Assembly (NCBI GenBank): GCA_010093815.1
Contig: ML996577.1
Strand: one strand, 5' to 3'
Length of the DNA stretch: 64,000 nucleotides
Source of the DNA: Pseudovirgaria hyperparasitica
Lineage: Eukaryota
Part shown: positions 37,601-49,315 of the stretch, piece after piece
How positions within the stretch are numbered: the stretch's first letter is position 1
Layout: every line of letters starts with the position of its first letter
The notes under the pieces: model-generated
Databases searched by the model: none
The model's input: only the letters and a program-made list of their open reading frames with translations
Told to the model about the DNA's origin: nothing
Program-made: the position numbers and the translations under genes

Positions 37601-40600
37601 AAGCCGGCGGTCCAAGCTTTCCTTCGGTACTCTGGAGGATGCCATCTGGTGAAGGAATTTTGGGACATGATGTAAACGAAACAAGGGATGTTCAACAAAG
37701 ACAATCAAACAGCTTTCCAAGGCGTTATCCCTTCCTCCAAACATTCCTACTCCCTCGGTTGGGCATGGATCGGTCCGATATTTGACTAGAAATAGACGGG
37801 AGCGTGCTCCGCAGCACAGAGCTATTTTGGTCTCCACCAACGTCACTATCATCGATTAGCAATAGCTTTACTACCCTCTATCCCAGTCGTCTCGAGTAGC
37901 ACCAATGGGCCAAGCAACGTTCCTGAATCAATCGGGGCCAGGGGTCGGCTTTGTGCCTCAAATGCAGATCACGTCGAGCCTCACATATCAGTGAGATGCA
38001 GCGCTGTTTCAAACCAACAGCGGTCTCGCTGCTTGGTGCTGCATGCTTGATCAGCCGTCATTTAGCAAGGGTGAGGAAACGGCTTCGCATTGTCACCTTA
38101 TCGAAACCTGAGAGTCATGTCAGCGTGTGGTGTGACCCCACAGTCTCATACTTGCTTTTTGGCCACAGAGTACTACTAATGGACCGAACAGTACCCACTC
38201 TTGGTCTTTGAATCCTCATTGTACAGGTCTAGGCTCAAGACAATGGCTTTTGCAAGAGTTCACGAAGTGTGCAGCTTCCTTCTGCAGACACTTCAGGTGT
38301 ATCAATATAGCATGTGAAACAATTTCTGTTGCTCCGTCTACCTCGGAAGACACTGTCACGTACCATATCTACACACTCTGTTCGTCTTCGTTCCCTAAGG
38401 AGAATTTGCCGCCTTTTACGCTTGAACTCGGTACAGGAGATGATAACGGCTTACAAGATGTACGATTTTTCCCATCAGTACTGAGACGCCAACTATGACA
38501 AGAATTCCGTTAACGGCAAACGAAAGAGCTCCAGGTAGTGTAGAAACTTTGCACTTGGCGAACTTATACCATTTCCGTCGCTATCGAGACAGCAATATGC
38601 TTCACATGTAAGAGCTATGTGGCACTGATGACGGTGTGAACTTGTATATTTTACCTGTCTTGCATCGAGCTCCAAACCTACATGGCTACCAAGACATGGA
38701 TCGGCGCTACCGTCGATGAGAGGACTGGAATTTATGTACCATCCTGCTACTATTCAGTCGGCATACTGTTCTCCCATTCCGCCGACGCACTAAGTCCTGC
38801 TGGCCTTCCTTGACAGTTGTACGGAAGATTTTCCAAGGATTTGACTTCAATCAATGTGTTGGTCGTCCTATTTTTGATTATATACAGACAGTGCACTTCA
38901 ACCCGGTAATAGCGCTTCACAAACCAAGAATGTCAACACTGCCGCTGTACGCATAGTGTATAGGGGCACCTCCCGATTACCTACACCGGCCCGGCATTCT
39001 CCAGGCCAAACTATAACGGGATCAGATCCTTGTTTTCTTTCACCGGATCTGCTTGATAATGTCGTAAAGCCAGCATAGTCGTGATTGTGATTGTTAATGT
39101 CGTCAGGGGTTAGAGCTGCCCGACGCGTTAGACCACGCTTCACACAGGTACATAATTACCCGGCATAGCAATATTTATATCATCCACCTAGTCTCATTCT
39201 TCCTCTCTCCTTTGTTCTTTATCGTGCACAACGAATATCCGATGTCTGTGCTCCTTTTTGCGACCTGAATACTCGCGACCTGAAAACATCATGCGTTCGT
39301 CTCGTTCGGACCACGATGATTTTGGTCAGTAGCTGTCACTGATGATCACCACGAGCACCAAGTGATATTGGATAACACGCTGATTACGTGCAGACATACT
39401 CGCGTTATTGAGCCAATGCAATGCTAGAATGGCCGAACTCTGAGGGTTGCGAATAGGAAATGCACGAGGGGAAGAATTCCATGGCGTTATGCTCTTATAA
39501 CTTGACCATTTTATACAGGACCAGCATGGTTGTGTTTGTGTACGCATTGATACAGTAAATATGCAAGTCCATGAATAAGTCAAAACTGAGATAACGTGCA
39601 GACCCGTCATTTCATAGTCTAGTACTAACCGGCATCGAGAAGAATGTACAAAGCGCCCACCCTCCACCAGACAAACTCTTCACCAAGCTCAGCAGTACCT
39701 CCAATCCATAAGCACAGCAATATTATGGCTGGCTCTCGACGCACCCACAACCGCTTACGTTCTTCGATGTCTCTTCCATTGCGTGCCCTAAACCTTCCGT
39801 CAAGTCGCCTGATGTGCATACTCCAGGGTAGTCTCCATCAGTAGTGTTGATGATGTCCGTCATTAGCACGGTCTCTGTGCTACCATCGATGATTATCATC
39901 GCTTAGCAATGCAAAACGTGCTGCGAGAGCACATCGATTCGATTCCAGCGTATGCATCTTTGTGTAGGTGCTCCAGCGTTTAGGAGGAAGGTTCCTCCTT
40001 CAGCGAGAGTAATTGGTGAAGCCTCGCTTGATGAAGGAGACTTTGCAGCTTGGAATGATGGTATGGAACTGTTCTGGACATCCTTATGACAGTGGATGTT
40101 ATCAAGCTCTTCTCGTTTGATGTAACACTCATAAGCTAGGTGTTGTGTATCACAGCTTGTCATTAACAGGTATGCATATTGGTAACCACTAGCCTGACTG
40201 TCTGATGATAGTGAACACCACTGCCAAGCACGATTCCATTCCATTCCAAGCACTTGCACTTATCTCTATCTAAGTAAACGAAGCAAACGTAACAACATTC
40301 TCCTCACCAGTTCTTAGGCAAGGGAACAGATATCATTGGATATAGATATCCAATCCAGTACCTAATAAGTGTCATAGACACGCTGGTGCCAGCGCTCCCA
40401 AGAGCTACCACAGTGAATTTTGCTTGCACAATCACATCCTCGCACGCCCATTCATCACCACTTCTCATCAACGATAATCAGCACCAAAGGTACACACCAA
40501 TCGACAACCAGACTTTCTCCTCCCATACAGCTCTATTTGATCCTCAAGAACAAAGCCACACGGTCGTATACTCTAATGCCAATCTAACATGAACTCGTGT

Positions 40601-41516
40601 GGAAAAGACATGACCGGAAGGACCAAGGAATATGTATATATGCGACAGGCATGGATAGTGGATGCATGCAATACCCGGCATTTTGCGAGACAATCATTCA
40701 CTGTGCGGTCTAGTACATACCCGGATTCTACACTTCCCCACTGATAACGCACCACCCACCACGCCACACAGCCTCTCTCGCCACACATATATATATATCC
40801 CCAGAACCTACAGGACACTCCAATTCCATAGATACTCCATTGGCCCTTTATACAGTAATCAACCCCATAATACCGAAAACACCACCTCCCTTAGTGAAAG
40901 CTTGTGCCCACTATCACAACACACGATTTAGTTCGGTACCAGATGTATCTCGAGCGTGGGTGTACACTCGCTAGCAAACAGAATGAAGCAAGGAGAAGCT
41001 TCTTATACACCTACCCATATCCGCTTTCTAACAACCTACCTGCCATGTCCGCACTTCCCCAACATCCTGACCAAACACGCCCAAAAGATCACCCGAGAAA
41101 CTAGCAACTCCGAGCACATCAGCTTCAAGCGCAAAGACTATAACTCCACGCTCAACCCCCCCTGCCCTTCCCAGCCCATATAAAAAAGACTACACCGCCA
41201 TCAAGTGCGCTACTTCCATCTCGCAGTTAAAAACAAGAACAAAAGAAGACAAACCCAGTCCTTTCTGTACCGATGAAGGAAGTCAGGGGTTGACTTCCAC
41301 TTGACCATACCTGTATCTTCACTTTGCTATGATATGCAATGCTACAACACGACCACGGATTCTTTCATTGGTGTGGCTTAACTTGCTTACTTGCTCTTCT
41401 TGTTCAATGGGTTAGCACGTGGGAAAGCATTCGTTGTTGTTGATGATGCTTGCGTAAGGAGCTGTGTCTAGCTATCGAATCTGTGTTGCGTGGCTGGTCT
41501 TGTAGTGTGTATATGT

Positions 41517-41606
41517 AGTATCCACAGTATCTACAGTATCTACAGTATCTACAGTATCTACAGTATCCACAGTATCCACAGTACCAATACTATCCACAGT
41601 ATCTAC
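41517..41606. repeat. 9-bp tandem repeat (AGTATCYAC), about 10 units
   Basis: Units agtatccac/agtatctac are read directly; two degenerate units near the 3' end. Confidence 0.9.
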
Positions 41607-42284
41607 ATCCCAGCACCCCACAAAACACCATCGACATGCACACGAGCAAAAACAAACAACTAATTACCAGTTGCACATATACTTCGACCTTGTATCTATG
41701 CAAGAAAGCGGAGCATAGGCTCAGCGTAGGTGTCCTTCGCATGATGACTACTATGTATAGCAGAGCAGACAGGTACATGCATATTGGCTGTGCAGCATTA
41801 CAGACATGTACTGCTGTCGAGGAATATATTTAGTGCAAAACGGCTATACATGCCGGATGGAGACGATCGACGCATGAATGCGGGGCCGGGGTTCCCCAGG
41901 GCGGCCGTCTATCGAAGGGGGCTGATCTTCGCCAAAACAGGGCATGCAGTGGGCTCGAGCATGTCAACGACACTCACTACACGACACAACACAAGGTGAA
42001 AGACATAACGTCATATTGCATCTACAACGGCGCGCGCACATACGCAACAAGAGAAAAAAACGATAGGTATCAAGCGATACAAATCATGATGGTAGAAGAC
42101 ATTAAGATACATGAACAAATAGGGGGTATTTCTATCCACAGAAGCAGACCAGACAAAGACATGGCAGACGTTGGTACGTTTAGGCTGTAAACTTTGGCGC
42201 GACGTATTTGGGTTTCCTCTTCCGTTTCCTTTCATTCCTCCTGTGTTTCATGTACAACACACGCGCGCAACAAGCTCAAGCTGT

Positions 42285-43132
42285 TTACAGGGCGATGGCG
42301 GCGAGCACGACGGCTGCTACGGCACCCATGCCAGCGGTGACCTTTCCAGCCGCACCGGTGGGAGCGGGAAGGGGAGTGTACACGGGGGTTGAGACAGAGG
42401 TGTACAAGCTGGTGGGCACACCAACTGGGCCGGTGGGCTGAATGATGGTCGGGGCGGGGCCGTTTCCGGTAGGAGCCCACCAAGTGGTAGGGAAGGGGGC
42501 GTTGGAGGAGACAGTAGCACTGCACGGCACAGTAGTGTACTCGACAGACGGCTCAACAGTGGGCTCCGCGGATGGCTCGACATACGAATCGACATACGAC
42601 TCAGGGACGGGCTCGACGGGTGAAGGAGTAGGAGCGTCGCTTGCAGAGCTGAGCGTGATGGTTGCAGGAGCGTCTGGGAAGGTGAAGCCGAACTGGGTAG
42701 AGTATTGGAAGATGCGCGGGTCGGACTCATCGACGAGCTGAATGCCGTAGCCGGAGCCAACGGTGGGAACAAGCTTGGGGAACTGCGCGAGTGTGGGCGT
42801 CCAGATGAAGGAGCCGGTGTTCGGCGCGGAGATGGCGATGGGCGAGTCTTGAAGCACGCAGTTGGTGGACTGACCGATGCAGAGCCAGAGCGTTACCGGG
42901 CCAGGCGAGCTGGGCTGCCAGGTGATGGTGAACGCCTTGTTGAGGGTGACTTGCTGGTCGGTTGTTAGTGGATATGTACAGGGTGGTTCGCGCAGGAGCA
43001 ACATACCTCAGCGAGTTCCGGGTGGCCGATGGAGTTGCCATTGGGAACGTCGCCAACAGCGTGAACCTGGGCGCTGGCAATGGCAGCAAGGCCAGAGACG
43101 AAGAAAGCAGCAATTGAAGTCTTGGAGAACAT
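42285..43132 (-). CDS. Ser/Thr/Pro-rich GPI-anchored cell-surface protein (Kre9/Knh1-like N-terminal domain); intron 42954..43006
   Basis: Signal peptide MFSKTSIAAFFVSGLAAIASA; domain motifs FTITWQP, VTLWL..G, IA.SAPNTGSFIWTP, YGIQL and FQYSTQF; S/T/P linker; PTGAA omega region followed by a hydrophobic C-terminus. Confidence 0.88.
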
Positions 43133-43690
43133 TCTGACTGAATTGTTGTGAGGAAGTGAGACAGGTGGAAAGTGGAGGAGATGCTTGAAAGGGTTGATAA
43201 GAGAGTCAAGTAAAGAGTGACTGGGCAAGGAAGCCGTGAGAGATGGAGTCAAAGAGTGGATGAAGCACAAATGCCTCTTGATATAAGATAGCCTACTGTG
43301 AGCTGAGATGGAGTGAGAAGACGAAGAAGAGGTGACTGGGGCAGTGCATCGTGGGCATCGTGGCCGTCTTAACGGGCTGATGTCTGGCGGCGTAGACTGA
43401 ACAGGGATCAGGGGTGTAAAGGGCTGGACAGTCATGGGTCATGGGTCAAGAGTAATTGTTATTACAGGAAGGAGCGACCGAGGATGACAAGCTGCACGCT
43501 CTACCTCATGTAGGCAAGCCCCAACCAGCGTAACCAGCCTGCGCGACTTCCAAGGTTGGAGGAAGGAAGGCGCCACGAGCCAATCAGCGCGTGCAGAATC
43601 CCCAGAATCCGGCGAATTTGGTGATTACGGCGTGCAAGTGGAGCCCCGTTTAAGATTGTCGTGTTGCTAGCGTGCGCTCGTCTAAATTTG

Positions 43691-43721
43691 TGGTGCCTGG
43701 TGCCTGGTGCCTGGTGCCTGG
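43691..43721. repeat. 7-bp tandem repeat (TGGTGCC)x4
   Basis: tggtgcctggtgcctggtgcctggtgcctgg is read directly. Confidence 0.85.
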
Positions 43722-46093
43722 TTGCTGCCTGAGGAAGAAGCGAATATCCTCTCTTCTCAGGCCAGACCAGACAACGACCACAACGCACAGGAGTCTCATT
43801 CTCCACCACAAAATGTCGCAATTCTGTCTAGGAACTGTTACTAACCTTGTGCTCAGACGCTTCACAATTGCAACCTCACCTCTACCGTCGCAGCCGCACA
43901 TCATAGTCATCGCACTCTCAAGCAAGCCATCGTTCAGCCCGTCAATAATTCAATGCCGCCCCATTCTGCCTCGCCTACCACCACCACCACACCCTCTCCC
44001 CAATCCAGCGCCGCCATCAAGCCATCTCCAAACGCACAATAATGAAAATACCGCCGCCAGCCAGCATGGCGCGGCCGGCACCCAGTCACCGCAATGTAAC
44101 CTGCGACGCCCACGCCGACGCCGGGCCCTTTTCCGCAAATGAATTGCGCCGCAGCACACCAAATCGGCAGATTACCATCAATCACCCTACCGGCCAGGTT
44201 CGGACTTCCCAACGTCCTTTTCCTTCTTCTCACATGCCGCCATACCTCACTCACTCACAGACATACTCTCTCTACGCGTCATCAATAACATCAAAGCCTC
44301 ACACCACCTCATCACAACTAGGAGCTTTTTTTCTTCTATCGATACCAATCAATCACACATCCCAGTTGATTCATACTAAAATTACGATCCGCCCCGTGCC
44401 GCTCGCTCGCTGCCACTTTGTGTGATCCCAGTGTCGTCTTGATTCATTCACTCACTCACTCATTCATTCATCCATCCCACTCCACTAAGAATAATTGTCC
44501 TGCGGTATAAACTAGACCTATGCCGCAGCAGCCACATCCCACCTCCCAAGAACTATAATCCCGCCATCCACATATATCACATCTCGTATCCCGCAGCTCA
44601 GCGCAAGAAAACCAAAAAAAACCAAAACAAATTCCCCTAAACGTTGCAGTAGTACTGGTGACGGCAGTAAACCATACATAAACCTCTGTTCCCCCTCCCA
44701 CCCGCCATTCGCCCGCACTACCCACCCCAACGTACCGTACTCCCCCCCCCCGAAAAGCTAATTTCCCACACCCAGGAGTCTGGCCCTAACCCTGGCCCAT
44801 AGCCTCCGGGTGTGTGAGGTCCTGAGGGAACTGCCCGCACCAGGCTCCCCCGTTGTCCCTTTTCTTTCATTCTTGCTTTCGCTTTCGTGTCTTTCTTCGT
44901 ACTAAGTAATTATATATTAGAAGTCCCACCTACACAACAGTATTGCCTATTTCTGGGGCTGCAGTACTCCCAAACCCAAGGTTCAAGCGGGGCTCATTCA
45001 GCAACGGCTTGGCTTGGTTTCGTCTTGGCTGTCCGCGTCGCGTCGCGTCGCCTCACGTCGTATTGTGTCGTATCGCGCCTGTATGCTATCATCAATTTGC
45101 TCAATTAGCACGTAATTACCTGTAGTTTGTATCGCGTTGCAGTCAGTGCAGTCGAAGCACTCATTGAGCACGCCAGGACCCCCCTGGGTAGGGTGACTGT
45201 CAGCAGCCGACATAATTCCGGCAACATAGGCGTAAATGGAGGGTGACCACCACAGCACAGCCTCCATTTCTTTTGAGGAAACGACTCAGAAAGAGCAGTC
45301 CAGTGAATTAATGGAATATGAGAAGAGGTTTGGATAGTATGGCACGTTTTCGAGTTTCATCTATTAATCAGTCGCAATTGGTAAGAGGTACTAATATACT
45401 AACTTGGGTAGTCATCATGAAGAGTTCCAAATACGTAAGATACCTACGTACCAAACAAAGGTTTAGTGGTAGGTAGGTAATTACTGTACTGCAGTAATCA
45501 ATTCGTAGAGAGAATTGTGAACTAATTACATGTACAGCACAAGTACCTTACTTAGCCCCCGTCTGTGACCAGTACTTAGTTAGGTACCTCAGGTACATAG
45601 ACTCACAAGTGCCGTTTCAGAAATTCAGGCCAGGCGACGCGACGCGAGGCAGGCAGGCAGGCCAGTGACTTCACCTGCATGAGGTGCCGCCTCCCTCCTT
45701 GGCGATTGCGCGATGCGAGTGTCAAGTACCGGTTTGCACCAATTAGTCTGCACAAGTATGTCTGTCTGTCTGTCTGTATGAAGACGACAAAGCGAAGATA
45801 TCATAGTCTAGTTAATAGGCGCGACTCCTGGCTGCTGTGTGTATGCGTGTGCGTGTGTGTGTGGATATATAACACTAAGGTAGCATCCATGACTCCATGT
45901 GAAGCCAACCTGGAAGCAGGTTGACGATCATAAACGCGAAGAGTATCTAATATCCCCATCCAAAGAATTTACTCAAACATGACAGCGCCCGCCTTGCTGC
46001 AACGAGAGTTCAAAGAAGTAAAACGCCGTGGCCCATGCTGTACAATTGTTTTTCCCGCGTCTCATACATTACTACTGACCAACAAGAGCAAGC

Positions 46094-47587
46094 TCAACGC
46101 GCTGGCGGAGGCTCTTCACTCTCCTCCACATAGCCCAGCTCCCGGAACAGCTTCTCTGCGCCAAACGCCTCTACGTACGCAACCTCCTCGTCGTCCGTCA
46201 TCCGCTCCAGCTCTGTTAGTTCCTGATTGTGCCAGACGAAATGGCAGTCCTGCTCCTTGTTCTGCCCACACAACGGCTCCATGTCGCGCATGCTACCCGC
46301 CATCTGCGCCACAAACTGGTCCTCGCCGCCATACCCAGTGTGCTTCCAGAACGAGGGGCCTGAAATCATCGTCCCAAGCATCGTGCTGTTGAACGCAAAG
46401 GCCCCATAGTCAAGCGAAAACTTGCGCTGCCACGGCGAGTCGGTGCCGGTGACGACGCCGTCGTCGATGGTCGGTTTTTCCCAGTCCCCTGCGCGCAGGT
46501 TGCCGACCGGAAACACCCCAACGCGAACGAGCTTAGTCATGAGCGTCAGGAGTTCCGGGAGGATCTTGTTGTCGTCGTCGAGGCCGTAGACGGGACCGTG
46601 CCCAAGCAGACCGCGTGGCTGCGGACGGCTAAGAGAATATGCAACCTGGAGGACGGCGTTCTTCTGCGCATTCCCATACGCTTTGGTCAGACCGTACGCA
46701 AAGTATACGTATGGCACGCCAGCGCGACGCAGCGTCTGCGAGACGATGGGATCGATGTCTGTGTCATCCTCGGCCACGATCCAGATAACTTGGAACCCTG
46801 TCTTTTGCGCTGCCTTGGCTTCTTTATCCATCCACGCACGGAGCGCACGTCCGTGCCGCCGAAAGTACTGTTGTCTCTGCGGCCCTGACTTTCCATTTGG
46901 CGAAGTTGCCGTCGTCATGTAAATGGTGGGCTTTCTCAATTCCAGCGATCCGAGTGACCAGGTCATCATATCGGGAAGGTTGTGGAGCGACCGGCGTAAT
47001 AGCTTTAACGCCTGTGCTTTGTCCAAGTGCTGCTGCGCACAGTACATGTCCAGAATTGTCTGACGCATAAATTCATTCACGTCCGCCTGATTTTTTCCTG
47101 GCCATATGTGCTTTTGAAGCGGTCTTGCTGGTATGAACGAGTAGGCGGCTGAAGGCTCGTAGAGCTTGGGAGCCATGGTGCAATTGCAGATTACGCATAT
47201 GTCGGCCGGCACGGCGGCTTGGAGGTCCAATGGGAACATGCCAGGCTCTGCTATCAGTGCATCGTACATGGGAGCGAATGCCCCGTCGTATGAGGTTGTG
47301 TAAGGTAAAGGACTGGAGGCGGCGTGGAAGGTCCCGTATACAACGAGGAAGAGGGCCGCAACCGCAATAATGATGGTGGATGAGCGCGACCGCATACTCT
47401 GTGACCTATACCAATGTGACGATTGCCCTGCCCATTCATGTAATTGTGAATATGCAGTATGATGTGATTGTTCCATCTCCAGCGAGGCGCGAGGAGGCTT
47501 GACCACATCGCCGTGGACGTCATCGTGTTGTTGGTCCCCATCGTCGAAGGTGCTGACTTCCGCCTTCATGACTGGCTCTCGTTCCAT
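46094..47587 (-). CDS. GT43-family glycosyltransferase (beta-1,3-glucuronosyltransferase/IRX9-14-like fold), type II membrane protein, intronless
   Basis: TM segment TIIIAVAALFLVVYGTF, then motifs in GT43 order: PTIYMTTAT, WIVAED, GNAQKNAVL, GPVYGLDDDN, VGVFPVG, RKFSLDYGAFAFNS, GGEDQFV and VWHNQ. The ORF-track start at 47680 is GTG; the first ATG is 47587. Confidence 0.82.
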   Translation of the reverse strand: MEREPVMKAEVSTFDDGDQQHDDVHGDVVKPPRASLEMEQSHHTAYSQLHEWAGQSSHWYRSQSMRSRSSTIIIAVAALFLVVYGTFHAASSPLPYTTSYDGAFAPMYDALIAEPGMFPLDLQAAVPADICVICNCTMAPKLYEPSAAYSFIPARPLQKHIWPGKNQADVNEFMRQTILDMYCAQQHLDKAQALKLLRRSLHNLPDMMTWSLGSLELRKPTIYMTTATSPNGKSGPQRQQYFRRHGRALRAWMDKEAKAAQKTGFQVIWIVAEDDTDIDPIVSQTLRRAGVPYVYFAYGLTKAYGNAQKNAVLQVAYSLSRPQPRGLLGHGPVYGLDDDNKILPELLTLMTKLVRVGVFPVGNLRAGDWEKPTIDDGVVTGTDSPWQRKFSLDYGAFAFNSTMLGTMISGPSFWKHTGYGGEDQFVAQMAGSMRDMEPLCGQNKEQDCHFVWHNQELTELERMTDDEEVAYVEAFGAEKLFRELGYVEESEEPPPAR

Positions 47588-49315
47588 ATCGAGCCGTGCG
47601 CTGTCGAAAGCTGTCGGATGGTGAAGGAAAGATGGTTGAGGAAAGGGCAGTCCAGTACTCTTAAATTTCGCTTTCTGCACTCGTCGTCTCTTTCTGCGGC
47701 CGATTCAACAAAGTTAGCGGCACCTGTACTCTGGCGCGCGGTAAGGCATCTCAGGACGGGATTGTGGGGGTAAGACGACAGCGCATGCAAAAGTTGGGGA
47801 GATTGAGAGATTGGAATGATGAAAAGTGGCAGGAGTGAAAGAAGTCCAAGTTGGAGGGGAGTGTGGTAAGGCAGTCAGGCTTATCAGTCGAGCTGATGAA
47901 TGCGTAGTAAGAAAGGTACGAAGGCTGCTGATGCCCCCACAGCAAGGGTGAAGGGTGAAGCATCACATAAAATGACAGACACTAGGTCCACATTCAGAAA
48001 GAAATAGAGGGGTCAGTGATCGAGACGCTCAATTTAGGGCTAAATCAGCCGACGATCCGACGCCTCCTGCACCCACAGCAGAGTCCAGAGCTTGAAGATG
48101 AAAGCCATCTGAGTCCTGGTGCCCCCTATTCGTAATTCCGTATCCTGTCATACCGTTGTGTTATAACAGCGATCTCTCGAAGAAGACTCGAAGAAGGCAT
48201 GTCTGCTTAGAGTCTCGTCGAGAGGGCCAGCCAACCCTAATGTTTCGTCGACTCATGCCGACTTGATGCAAGGTAATACACATAAGCCTCCGGCAGGGGG
48301 AGCATATCCATCCAGTAAGATAAGCTGAAGCGCAGCGGCTGTATTCTATTGTACCAATCAGTGTATCCTGCAGCAACTGTCATCCGCCATCCAGTATCCA
48401 GCATCCAGCATGGAGGTGGCACCTAAGTAGTTGCGGCGCAGTGTGCAACGCTCGATATGTCAAGAAGATGTTTCGTTGTTCGTAGCAGGTGTACGACGAG
48501 GCCTGATGGAGAGAAACTCTCTGTATTACTACTATCGGGCATGAGGTGGGAACAGTGGATTGATTTGTGGACGTTCCGGACGCCAACTTGAATCGATGTG
48601 TCCAGTCAGCATCTATTATTATTCCATCTATCCAAGTGGCGATTTCCGCAGGTTGCAGGTCTCGTAGAACCCCTGGAAACGGACAGGGAGAGCGGCCAAC
48701 TATCAAGGGGCTGTTTCGTTCTCTGCAAAATTGAATGAGACTCAAAAGCTCAAGAGCAGCTCATATATATAATTTTTTGGCTTGCGGTGCGTGCGGGTGC
48801 AGCAATATAGTAGTAGAAGCCAAGTCACCCATTAGTAGAGGAGGATTTCTCGGAACAGGGAGGCACCTAGCTATTCAGGCCCAGTCCACTAGCTGGAGAG
48901 CAGAGAGAGACAGCCGCGCTAGGTCTGGTTGGCTGCCCGTCCACATCCATCTCCTCATCTGGCTCCCCTAAACTTTCCCCCTATCGTTCTCGTGACTTGA
49001 TCTTCATCTTCACTTTTTCATCCGTTGCACTCATTCTCTGTCTCACCCACCTCCTCTCTTTTTGCCTTGCCGCATTCTCACTTCGTTGCAGTCCTTTGAC
49101 GAGTACATCGCCAATCCTCCCGGCGTGTCTCTTCTACCTTGGCTGTCCGGAAAATCCTCCACGCCTGTAATCCTTCGCTTTCTTCGCCAACAGCTTCTTA
49201 CGCGCCTTTCTCTACTGCGCCTGTATCCTCATCCTCCCTCTGAACACACTATCTACAAAGCTTCCCGATCGCCTCACTTACGCTCCATACTAAGATTCTC
49301 TATACTGGGAATAAA

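Noticed and set aside
41517..41606. Regularly spaced short repeat, superficially array-like
   Set aside because: Contiguous 9-bp units with no unique spacers in a eukaryotic genome: a minisatellite, not a CRISPR array.
44783..44793. CCCTAACCCT telomere-like sequence
   Set aside because: Fewer than two repeat units; expected by chance, with no other telomerase-RNA or telomere features.
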